A stretch of 32,000 nt of DNA from contig NC_008578.1 in the NCBI RefSeq assembly GCF_000015025.1, positions 1,890,001-1,922,000 of the forward strand, written 5' to 3'. Position numbers and translations under genes: made by a program. Source of the stretch: Acidothermus cellulolyticus 11B (GTDB taxonomy: Bacteria; Actinomycetota; Actinomycetes; Acidothermales; Acidothermaceae). Numbering within the stretch: position 1 is the first letter of the stretch; every line of letters begins with the position of its first letter. The notes beneath the pieces were generated by a model. It made no database searches and was not told the origin of the DNA. It worked only from the letters and a program-made list of their open reading frames with translations. Below, piece by piece: positions 1 through 7,211 of the stretch.

Positions 1-2
1 GT

Positions 3-1955
3 GACAGCGGATCGGCCGCTTGCTACGCGCCGCCGTCAGCCACCGACACCTCCCTCGCCGTGCTCGACCCGGCGAGTCAACCCACGATCACCGCAGTAGG
101 CGGTACGTCGTTCGCCGGTGTCAGCGATCCAGACATCTCCTGGCACACGGCCGGCGGTGCCGGCGGCGGGGGAATCTCCCACATCTGGCCGATGCCGCGC
201 TACCAAGCGGGCGCGACCACGACGCAGAATTCCCCGGCTCTGTGCAACGCGCCAACCGGATCGGCGTGCCGGCAGGTGCCCGACATCAGCATGCTTGCCG
301 ACCCGACGCACGGATACGTGGCCTACGTCGGCGGCACGTGGCGGGCGGTCGGCGGCACCGGAGCGGCAACTGCGACATTCGCCGGCATTCTCGCCCTGAT
401 CGACGAAAGTTGCGTCGCGGGTCCGGTTGGATTGATCAATCCGGCGTTGTACCGGCTGGCCGGCACCTCCGCGGTGGTGGATGTCACCCAGGGCCCGAAC
501 ACCGACCTGACCGGAACGAACGGCGGGGCGTACCCGCCGGCGACCGGCGTGGACCTGGCCACCGGGCTGGGCCGACCCGATGCCGCGGCCCTCGCCGCCG
601 CACTCTGCCCGCCGACAGGAGCCGCAGGCTCAGGCACGATCACGGTCGATCCGAACCTGGTCGTGACCAACAGCTCGACGTCCCTCACCTTCCGCTACAC
701 GCCGGCGAGCGGCACCGGGATGGTCAACGGGGAACTCGACATCACCGTGCCGGGAACGTGGTCGCTGCCGACAACCACTTCCGGTCAGCCGGGTTACACG
801 ACCGCCGATGCAGGTGTTCTTACGGTCAGCGGCAACACCATCGTGCTTCGATCGATCACTCTGCCGGCGAACTCGACGGTGACCGTGACGTTCGGTGACA
901 CCAGCGGCGGCCCCGGCGCGCGGACGCCGTCCGCCGCGCAAATCACCACGTTCGCGACGGCCAGCGCGCCGGCGTCCGCCGGTGGAGCGGCCGGACTGGC
1001 CCGCAATCCCGCTGTCCGGGTACTCACCCCGGGTGGCAGCCAAGCCGGGCAGGGCACGTTGCTGCGGATCGCAGGAGCCGATCGTATCGGTACCGCCATC
1101 GCGGCTTCCCAATTGCGGTTCACCACCGGTGGAGCGAGCGCGGTCGTGCTTGCCCGGGCGGACATTTTCCCCGACGCGCTCGCCGGAGTGCCGTTGGCGG
1201 CGCAGGTGCACGGGCCGCTTCTCCTCACCCCGCCGTCCTCGTTACCGATTGCCGTGCTCAATGAAATCCAGCGGGTTCTTCCGGTCGGCGGACCGGTCTT
1301 CCTCCTCGGCGGAACCGCAGCTCTCTCCGCAACCGTCGAGCAGCAACTGGTGACGCTCGGCTATCTGCCGCACCGGATTTCCGGGATGGATCGTTTTGAT
1401 ACCGCCGTTCAAATCGCCCACGCTCTCGGGGATCCGACAACAATCCTCGAATGCAGTGGTCTTGATTTTCCCGACGCGCTCTCGGCTGGACCTGCCGCGG
1501 TCATCACCCACGGCGCGGTCCTGCTCACCGCCGGCCCAGACCAGGCGGCGGCCACTGCGGCGTACCTCACCGTCCACCCGCGCGTGACGCGGTACGCGAT
1601 CGGCGGACCGGCGGCCCACGCAGATCCAGGCGCCATACCACTGGTCGGTGCGGATCGTTACGCGACGTCCGTGCTCGTCGCCCAGCAGTTCTTCACCGCG
1701 CCGTCCGGGATTGGTCTCGCGAGCGGTGCGGCGTTCCCTGACGCCCTGGCCGGCGGCCCGGCGACAGCGGAGGCTGGGGGTCCGTTGCTGCTCGTGCCGC
1801 CAAGCGGCGCACTGCCCACCGGGACGGCGAACTACTTCAGCGCCGTCGCCAGCAGCGTGCTGACCGGTTGGCTCTTCGGCGGAACCGCTGCGGTCGGTAC
1901 GGATATCGCTTCCGAGACCGCTCAGGCGCTTGTCCTCGTCCCACCGCCAAGCTGA
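3..1955 (+). CDS. Sedolisin (peptidase S53)-like protein, 5' end outside window: S53 C-terminal lobe + beta-rich middle domain + 3x cell-wall-binding repeat 2 (CWB2)
   Basis: Frame 3 is open from nt 3 with no stop before the listed GTG at 60, so the gene starts upstream of the window. The motifs ITAVGGTSF and PDISMLADPTHGY..AVGGTGAATATFAGILALIDE..LINPALY..ATGLGRP align with the C-terminal lobe of kumamolisin/TPP1-type sedolisins. Nt ~1065-1920 encode three repeats of the form GADR(I/F/Y)xT...FPDAL(A/S)xGP...LLL, typical of CWB2. Confidence 0.85.
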   Translation, partial: DSGSAACYAPPSATDTSLAVLDPASQPTITAVGGTSFAGVSDPDISWHTAGGAGGGGISHIWPMPRYQAGATTTQNSPALCNAPTGSACRQVPDISMLADPTHGYVAYVGGTWRAVGGTGAATATFAGILALIDESCVAGPVGLINPALYRLAGTSAVVDVTQGPNTDLTGTNGGAYPPATGVDLATGLGRPDAAALAAALCPPTGAAGSGTITVDPNLVVTNSSTSLTFRYTPASGTGMVNGELDITVPGTWSLPTTTSGQPGYTTADAGVLTVSGNTIVLRSITLPANSTVTVTFGDTSGGPGARTPSAAQITTFATASAPASAGGAAGLARNPAVRVLTPGGSQAGQGTLLRIAGADRIGTAIAASQLRFTTGGASAVVLARADIFPDALAGVPLAAQVHGPLLLTPPSSLPIAVLNEIQRVLPVGGPVFLLGGTAALSATVEQQLVTLGYLPHRISGMDRFDTAVQIAHALGDPTTILECSGLDFPDALSAGPAAVITHGAVLLTAGPDQAAATAAYLTVHPRVTRYAIGGPAAHADPGAIPLVGADRYATSVLVAQQFFTAPSGIGLASGAAFPDALAGGPATAEAGGPLLLVPPSGALPTGTANYFSAVASSVLTGWLFGGTAAVGTDIASETAQALVLVPPPS

Positions 1956-2060
1956 CCGGCCTGCCGCCGAACTCGCTGGCTTCACACCGCCGAACTGACC
2001 ACCGTGGCCGCCCCGGGGTGCCGCGGGACCGCTTCGTGCCCCGGGGTGCCGTGCGGTCGG

Positions 2061-2387
2061 CTACAGATACAAACCCGTTGAGCCTTCGACCCGCTCGGCA
2101 GCGACGGCGTGAATGTCACGCTCGCGAAGCAGAACGTAGGAGACGCCGTGAATTTCGATCTGCGCCCGGTCTTCCGGCTCGTACAGGACCCGGTCTCCCG
2201 GCTGCACCGAGCGGACCGTCTGCCCGACTCCGACGACTTCCGCCCACACCAGTCGCCGTCCTACCGACGCGGTTGCCGGAATTACGATGCCGCCGGTCGA
2301 ACGGCGCTCCCCTGCCGGCCCCTCCGCCTTGACGAGAACGCGGTCATGCAACAGCTTGATCGGAACACCTGTTGCGGTACGCTCCAT
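2061..2387 (-). CDS. GroES/Cpn10-family co-chaperonin paralogue (divergent, with C-terminal extension)
   Basis: The sequence MERTATGVPIKLLHDRVLVKAEG..GGIVIPATA..AEVVGVG..VQPGDRVLY..YVLLRERDIHAV matches the GroES pattern (IKPLxDRVLVK ... GxIxxP ... GDxVxY). I chose the ATG at 2387 (9 aa before IKLL) over the GTG at 2435. The gene lies directly downstream of the dehydrogenase on the same strand. Confidence 0.75.
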   Translation of the reverse strand: MERTATGVPIKLLHDRVLVKAEGPAGERRSTGGIVIPATASVGRRLVWAEVVGVGQTVRSVQPGDRVLYEPEDRAQIEIHGVSYVLLRERDIHAVAAERVEGSTGLYL

Positions 2388-2489
2388 CGTCACGGCTCGA
2401 ACGCTACCGGACGCCGGCCGTGTCGTGTGATGCACGGCTGCTGCGCCAGCTCGCGCTCGAACTCGCGCCGATCGAATCGCTGGCCCACG

Positions 2490-3542
2490 TCAGTGCGCGA
2501 GTTCGAGCACCACCTTCACGTCGCCGTCCTGCCGTTCCAACGCTTGGTCGAAACGCTCCAGCGGAACCCGGCGGGTGATCAACCGGGCCAGCCACGACCG
2601 GTCCGCCGCGGCGAGCGCAGCGGCGGCCGCCTCGTAGTGCGCCCGGGACGCATTGACACTCCCGACGAGCGCGAGGTTGTCCAAGACCATTTCCTTGTTC
2701 ACCTCGTCTGGACGCATCGCCGCCTGCCGCTTCGACGCCGAAATTCCGGTGAGGCAAATGACGCCGTCGGTCGCAACCACGTCGGTGAGGGCGAAGACAA
2801 GCGGTCCGTGCCCGGTGCATTCAATGACGACGTCCGGCTGGACCCCGATGCCGGCGATATCACCGGTGTGATACGTGGCCCCGAGATCGGCCACGAGGTC
2901 TGGTTTCGGTCCGGTGGTGACCTGGTCGAAGACGTGCACCTGGTAGGCGCGTTGGACGCCGAGCAGCGCGGCGAGCAATCCGATCGGTCCGGCGCCGGTC
3001 ACCAACGCGACGTGCCGTGGCGCCGGGGACCGGGCGGCGACTTTCTCCGCTTGGTCCCAGGCTTTGGCGACAACCGACGTCGGTTCGAGGAGCACGCCGA
3101 GGTCACCGAGGGTGGGGTCAAGGCGGACGGCGAACTCCGGCTCAATCCGCCACTGGTTCGCCGCGTACCCGTGTCGTTCCTTGATCCCGCGTTCGGTGTA
3201 CCGACCGTTCCGGCAGAAATCCCATGCGCCCAAACTGCACGGCACGCACGGCACCGGGTCTGGGCGCCGGACGATACCCGCGACAAGATCCCCGGGGGAG
3301 AACCCGCTGTCCGGCGGCGCGGCCGCCACCCGGCCGAGCGATTCATGGCCGATGACGAGGCGTTCCTCCCCGGGCGGGGCCCAGCCGTAGCCTTCCCGAA
3401 GGATTTCGACGTCCGTGCCGCAGATCCCGATCAGCAGACCGTCGACGAGCACGGACCCGTCCGATTCAGGTGGGTCCGGGTGGTCGCCGACCTGCGCCGT
3501 CTCAGGTTTTCCTGGGACGACGGACAACGCGCGTACGCTCAC
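2490..3542 (-). CDS. Zn-dependent medium-chain dehydrogenase, archaeal-type glucose 1-dehydrogenase family
   Basis: The N-terminus contains GICGTDVEI..VIGHESLGRV, followed by CxxCxxGxxxFC and a Rossmann motif LVTGAGPIGLL. The layout resembles Sulfolobus/Thermoplasma glucose dehydrogenases. A GAGGAGGG Shine-Dalgarno sequence lies just upstream of the GTG start at 3542. Confidence 0.8.
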   Translation of the reverse strand: MSVRALSVVPGKPETAQVGDHPDPPESDGSVLVDGLLIGICGTDVEILREGYGWAPPGEERLVIGHESLGRVAAAPPDSGFSPGDLVAGIVRRPDPVPCVPCSLGAWDFCRNGRYTERGIKERHGYAANQWRIEPEFAVRLDPTLGDLGVLLEPTSVVAKAWDQAEKVAARSPAPRHVALVTGAGPIGLLAALLGVQRAYQVHVFDQVTTGPKPDLVADLGATYHTGDIAGIGVQPDVVIECTGHGPLVFALTDVVATDGVICLTGISASKRQAAMRPDEVNKEMVLDNLALVGSVNASRAHYEAAAAALAAADRSWLARLITRRVPLERFDQALERQDGDVKVVLELAH

Positions 3543-3624
3543 GATCCCTCCTCGATCAACGACGTTCCTCGTCGGCCCGTGACGCTCCTCCTACTGCGGA
3601 GTGCGCCCGCACCGGATGCACCTC

Positions 3625-3672
3625 CTGCTGTTGTGCGGTGCGCCCCGCCTGCTGTTGTGCGGTGCGCCCCGC
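3625..3672. repeat. Perfect 24-bp tandem duplication (CTGCTGTTGTGCGGTGCGCCCCGC x2) flanked by a 13-bp direct repeat ATGCACCTCCTGC (3616-3628 and 3678-3690)
   Basis: Read directly from the sequence. The repeat lies in the 403-bp divergent intergenic region between the dehydrogenase (start 3542, minus strand) and bcp (start 3946, plus strand). A degenerate third copy lies at about 3594-3610. Confidence 0.9.
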
Positions 3673-3945
3673 GCTGAATGCACCTCCTGCCGGGGTGTGG
3701 CCCGTGGCATCCTTCCGGCTCGGCAGCGCGCCGTCGTCCCATCGTTTCCCGCCTGGAGCACCGGCCGAACATCGGGTCCCGCACGTGCCGCCGCGCCGAT
3801 GCACCGACGACCCGCCGCACTTGCCGTCGCGCAGGACCCGACGCGCGTCGGCGCGACAACGCGATCCCGCATGAGGTCACTAAGCGCCGCTCGGTCCGCG
3901 CAGGCCGCAGCGCCGTTGCGGCCCCGACCCCAGTAGGTTGGTGCC

Positions 3946-4422
3946 ATGCCGAAGCTCACCGTTGGCGACGCCGCTCCTGACTTCACGCTCCCCGATGCGG
4001 ATGGCAAGCCGGTCGCGCTCCGTGATTTCCGCGGCCGGCAGGTGATCGTGTACTTCTACCCGGCGGCCATGACGCCCGGCTGTACTACGGAAGCGTGCGA
4101 TTTCCGCGACAATTTGGCAGCGCTGGACTCAAGGAATATCGCCGTCGTTGGCATCTCCCCCGACCCCGTCGAGAAGCTCGCGAAATTCCGGGACGCTTAC
4201 CACCTCACGTTCCCGCTGCTGTCAGATGTCGACAAGAACACGCTTATTGCGTACGGCGCCTACGGGGAGAAAACCAATTACGGCAAGACGGTGATGGGCG
4301 TCATTCGTTCCACGTTCATCGTCGGCGCCGACGGCCGGATCGAGCACGCGTTCTACAACGTCAAGGCGACCGGGCATGTGGCCCGGCTTCTCGACGAGCT
4401 CGGGTTTACGCAACAGCCGTAA
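3946..4422 (+). CDS. bcp: Thiol peroxidase / peroxiredoxin Q (Bcp)
   Basis: [55 protein letters not shown] carries the canonical PrxQ/Bcp motif (YFYPxxxTPGCTxE). The 158-aa length is typical. Confidence 0.93.
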   Translation: MPKLTVGDAAPDFTLPDADGKPVALRDFRGRQVIVYFYPAAMTPGCTTEACDFRDNLAALDSRNIAVVGISPDPVEKLAKFRDAYHLTFPLLSDVDKNTLIAYGAYGEKTNYGKTVMGVIRSTFIVGADGRIEHAFYNVKATGHVARLLDELGFTQQP

Positions 4423-4563
4423 GCCGGCGCGCGGCGTACCAGCCTGTGCGCGATCCGCACCGATCCGCTGCGGACCCCATGGCCGATCCGTTGCCGGCTC
4501 CAGGCCGGTTCCGTTGCGGACACCAGAGGCGATCACGCAGCGGCGTGGTTTACTGGCCACCGA

Positions 4564-4636
4564 GGGGCCGTAGCCCAATGGCAGAGGCACGCGGTTTAGG
4601 TCCGCGACAGTGTGAGTTCGACTCTCACCGGCCCTA
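4564..4636 (+). tRNA. tRNA with anticodon UAG (nominally Leu) but only a 5-nt variable loop
   Basis: Hand-folded cloverleaf. The acceptor stem is GGGGCCG/CGGCCCT (G1-U72 wobble plus 6 Watson-Crick pairs). The D stem is GCC/GGC, with a loop containing AATGGCAGA. The anticodon stem is CGCGG/CCGCG and the loop is TTTAGGT, giving anticodon TAG at 4597-4599 with U33 and G37. The variable loop is ACAGT. The T stem is GTGAG/CTCAC with loop TTCGACT. The discriminator is A and no CCA is encoded. Confidence 0.8.
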
Positions 4637-5012
4637 CGGCGTATCCGAAAACCGGCCCAACCTAGCCTAGGTAGTAAACAACCTGGTGCGTCGATCGCCA
4701 TCGAGGCCAGCCGCCCACTACTGTGGGCACGCGCTGCCTCCGCCGTTGTGTGCGCGCGCTACATCCATTCGTATCCGTTTGATCACAAGGATGCCTCGCG
4801 TAGCCCCTGCAGTTGCGCTTGTTTCAATGCAGCAGCCACACCTCTGCTCGCAATGATCGCTTACCCGGTCGCACATCGAACCACCGCCGTGGTGAGCGAC
4901 GTCGACATGAGATGTGAACAACTCTCCCGAGCGGATGCACCTCTTCCAAATGGAAACCCACGTCCATCGCGCCCTTCGGCGCAGGCATGCGTTACGGCCC
5001 ACAATCACGGTA

Positions 5013-5053
5013 GGTGATCGTCTTGTGCTCGTCGCGAGTACAAGACGATCACC
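5013..5053. repeat. 41-bp near-perfect palindrome/hairpin (19-bp stem with one G-T, 3-nt loop)
   Basis: GGTGATCGTCTTGTGCTCG tcg CGAGTACAAGACGATCACC. The outer 14 bp (5013-5026 / 5040-5053) are perfectly complementary. The palindrome lies inside the low-GC insert, about 140 bp upstream of the orphan ORF. Confidence 0.85.
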
Positions 5054-5195
5054 AGGTCGGACGGCGGGTACCCTCGCCGTAGCTTCGGTAATGACATGAA
5101 CAGACGCTCAGACGAGCTTAAGCAACATGAAATAGCGCCGGCTCATGCGATTGAAGATACGATCAAGTCACGTTGTGAAGCGAGGGAGTGGAGAT

Positions 5196-5582
5196 ATGAC
5201 CGAATGGCTGGCGGATGCGCTGTCATTCTTTCGCGCGGTAGTCGGCGTTCTTCTAAGGCACGCCGTGGACCGCTCAGCGAAACGACGGGACGACAACCAG
5301 AAGCTTTTGAGAAAAGCAATAAAGGCACTCAACAGGGTGCAGATAAGCTACCAGGGTGTTCTAGACAAAAAGAAGTACAAACACCGGCGCGAGAAGCTGC
5401 TCCGCAAGGCACGGGTCAGAGTTGCAGATGCATACGCTCTGCACCGCCCGCAACCCGAACAGCTCAAGGAATATCTCGATCATAAAAATTGGAGTTTAGA
5501 AGACGTCAGAAAGGTACGTGATATCCTTTGTGAGCTCTATCACTCGCAGCGAAAGCGTACTCCGTCAGATGTCGACCGTTAA
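5196..5582 (+). CDS. Orphan hypothetical protein (128 aa): N-terminal hydrophobic helix followed by a highly basic, Lys/Arg-rich helical region
   Basis: The ATG at 5196 is preceded by GGGAGTGGAG (Shine-Dalgarno-like). The translation MTEWLADALSFFRAVVGVLLRH..KRRDDNQKLLRKAIKALNRVQ..DKKKYKHRREKLLRKARVRV.. reads as a coherent amphipathic protein, whereas the overlapping frame (5096..5485) is low-complexity. Codon usage is atypical for the host (CTA x2, TTA, ATA x2, AGA x3, AGG x2). I recognise no family. Confidence 0.55.
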   Translation: MTEWLADALSFFRAVVGVLLRHAVDRSAKRRDDNQKLLRKAIKALNRVQISYQGVLDKKKYKHRREKLLRKARVRVADAYALHRPQPEQLKEYLDHKNWSLEDVRKVRDILCELYHSQRKRTPSDVDR

Positions 5583-5715
5583 GAGGCCCACCTGCGTAGG
5601 CAGGAGGCATGGCTCCTCTATGAAGTCTGAGCGGAGAGCGACAGTGTGAGTTCGACTCTCACCGGCCCTACGGCGTACCCGAAAACCGCCAACGCACCGT
5701 CGGCCCCGGCGGGTC

Positions 5716-6354
5716 TCACCACACGCCGTGTGCGGAAAGTATCTCGACCAGAGCACGGAACGCCCGGCCGCGGTGACTCACCGCGTCCTTCTCCGCCGGT
5801 TCCAATTCCGCCGTGGTCCGGCCGGACGGCAGCTCAAAAATCGGGTCGTAGCCGAAACCGTTCGTGCCGCGCGGCGCGCGGGTGATGACGCCGTGAACTT
5901 CGCCGTGCGCAACGAATTCCCGGCCGTCAGGGAGTGCGGCGACCGCGGCGCAGACGAATTTCGCCGTTCGGCGGTCGTCCGGAACGTCCGCCAATTGGTC
6001 CAACACCAATTGGAGATTGGCTCGGTCCCGATCCTGGTTCCCGGCGAGGCTCCCCGACCAGCGGGCCGAGAAAATCCCCGGCATGCCGCCCAGCGCATCC
6101 ACCACGAGCCCCGAATCGTCGGCAATCGCCAACTCACCGGTGAACGCACAGACCGCGCGGGCTTTCAACCGGGCGTTGGCTTCAAAACTGTCGCCCGTTT
6201 CGGCGACCTCCGGTAACCCGGGGTAGGCATCCGCGCCGACAAGTTCGATCGAGTCGAGGCCGGCTGCCGAGAGAATTCGGCGCAGCTCGACGAGCTTATG
6301 CGGATTTCTGGTCGCCAGCACAACCCGGCGGGCCGAGGACGACGTCGCCATCAT
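5716..6354 (-). CDS. rdgB: Non-canonical purine NTP pyrophosphatase (dITP/XTP pyrophosphatase, RdgB/HAM1 family)
   Basis: [19 protein letters not shown]...[14 protein letters not shown]...ADDSGL.VDALGG.PG..SAR...GFGYDP.F..P...T.AEL....K...SHRG.A is the RdgB signature. The ATG at 6354 overlaps the rph stop codon (ATGA), indicating translational coupling. The longer listed ORF (to 6546) is an upstream extension running through rph. Confidence 0.92.
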   Translation of the reverse strand: MMATSSSARRVVLATRNPHKLVELRRILSAAGLDSIELVGADAYPGLPEVAETGDSFEANARLKARAVCAFTGELAIADDSGLVVDALGGMPGIFSARWSGSLAGNQDRDRANLQLVLDQLADVPDDRRTAKFVCAAVAALPDGREFVAHGEVHGVITRAPRGTNGFGYDPIFELPSGRTTAELEPAEKDAVSHRGRAFRALVEILSAHGVW

Positions 6355-7073
6355 GCCTCGGCGAGCGCGGTCCGCTGCAATTCCGTCAGTCGCGCGCAGC
6401 CGCGGGTCGCCAATTCCAACAACGCGTCCACCTCGTCCCGCCGAAGCGGCGTGCCTTCGGCCGTGCCCTGTATTTCCACGAAGTCGCCGTCCCCGGTCAT
6501 CACGACGTTCATGTCCGTGCCGGCACGGACGTCCTCGTCGTAGCACAGGTCAAGCACGGGGACACCGTCCACGATGCCGACACTCACCGCAGCGACGCTG
6601 CGCACCAGCGGATCACTTGTCACCCAACCGTGGTCCCGCATCCACCGGCACGCATCGGCGAGCGCAAGGTAAGCGCCGGTGATCGCCGCCGTCCTCGTGC
6701 CGCCATCGGCCTGCAGCACGTCGCAATCGAGGTGCACAGTGTTCTCACCCAGGCGCGCGGGTTCGACACAGGCGCGGAGCGAGCGGCCGACCAGGCGGGA
6801 AATCTCCTGCGTACGCCCGCCGAGCCGGCCACGAACCGACTCCCGATCGGTGCGGGTCGTGGTAGCGCGCGGCAGCATCGCGTATTCACCGGTGACCCAA
6901 CCCAGCCCGGTGCCCTTGCGCCACTTGGGCACCCCTTCGAGCACGCTGGCCGCACAGAGCACCCGGGTCCGCCCGAATTCCACCAGGACCGAGCCTTCGG
7001 CGTGCAGCAACCACCCGCGGGTGAACCGCACCGGGCGGAGTTCATCGGCGGCACGACCATCGACCCGCAGCAC
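6351..7073 (-). CDS. rph: Ribonuclease PH
   Basis: [41 protein letters not shown]...GR..EI.RL.GRSLR..V....LGE.T...[20 protein letters not shown] is canonical RNase PH over 240 aa. Confidence 0.95.
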   Translation of the reverse strand: MLRVDGRAADELRPVRFTRGWLLHAEGSVLVEFGRTRVLCAASVLEGVPKWRKGTGLGWVTGEYAMLPRATTTRTDRESVRGRLGGRTQEISRLVGRSLRACVEPARLGENTVHLDCDVLQADGGTRTAAITGAYLALADACRWMRDHGWVTSDPLVRSVAAVSVGIVDGVPVLDLCYDEDVRAGTDMNVVMTGDGDFVEIQGTAEGTPLRRDEVDALLELATRGCARLTELQRTALAEA

Positions 7074-7211
7074 GCCCCGATGCTACCGGGAGCGGAACCG
7101 AGGCAGCCGCCGCACCCGTACGCCCGCGGGGATCGCGGATTCACCGGCCCGCTGCCGCACGCGCCGCACGCACAGAATCGCCGGGTGCGTACGCCGCTCG
7201 GGTGCCGCGCC

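Larger units (their letters stand above)
4604..5688. mobile_element. Remnant or miniature tRNA-targeted integrated element (~1 kb, low GC, no integrase) bounded by 51-bp direct repeats (attL/attR-like)
   Basis: Nt 4604-4654 and 5638-5688 are identical at 50 of 51 positions (T4644 versus C5678). The repeat covers the tRNA 3' half, from the anticodon-stem 3' strand to the acceptor end, plus 18 nt downstream. Hand-counted GC of three 60-nt lines inside the insert (5281-5340, 5341-5400, 5461-5520) is 48%, 48% and 38%. The flanking line 5701-5760 is 67%. Confidence 0.6.

Noticed and set aside
1956-2060. Repeated CCCCGGGGTGCCG (two copies) and CCGCCGAACT (two copies) between the convergent sedolisin-like and GroES-like genes
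   Set aside because: These are short GC-rich repeats in a terminator-type region. They plausibly form 3' hairpins, but no clear stem plus U-tract could be defined, so I did not call them.
2109-3677. 522-aa plus-strand ORF overlapping the GroES paralogue and the dehydrogenase
   Set aside because: It is an Arg/Pro/Gly-rich low-complexity translation antisense to two genes with clear family motifs. This is the typical shadow ORF of high-GC DNA.
3539-4007. Several 80-140-aa ORFs on both strands in the dehydrogenase/bcp intergenic region
   Set aside because: All are Arg/Ala/Pro-rich and mutually overlapping. One of them simply translates the 24-bp tandem repeat. None has a start-codon context or motif.
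4718-5017. Overlapping ORFs 4718..5008 (minus strand, 96 aa, Cys/His-containing) and 4748..5017 (plus strand, 89 aa) in the left part of the islet
   Set aside because: Neither has a convincing Shine-Dalgarno sequence or a recognisable motif, and each occupies the other's antisense strand. I cannot support either as a gene from sequence alone, though a decayed gene fragment is possible.
5716-6546. N-terminal extensions of listed ORFs (rdgB to 6546, hpnE from 14574, shc from 17161, hpnH from 19741, DUF3039 to 28169, gatD to 29709, mec to 10615, YqgE to 28596, cellulase to 26139)
   Set aside because: The extensions run through the preceding gene or are Arg/Pro-rich. Internal start codons give family-typical N-termini, Shine-Dalgarno sequences or ATGA coupling, so the shorter models were used.
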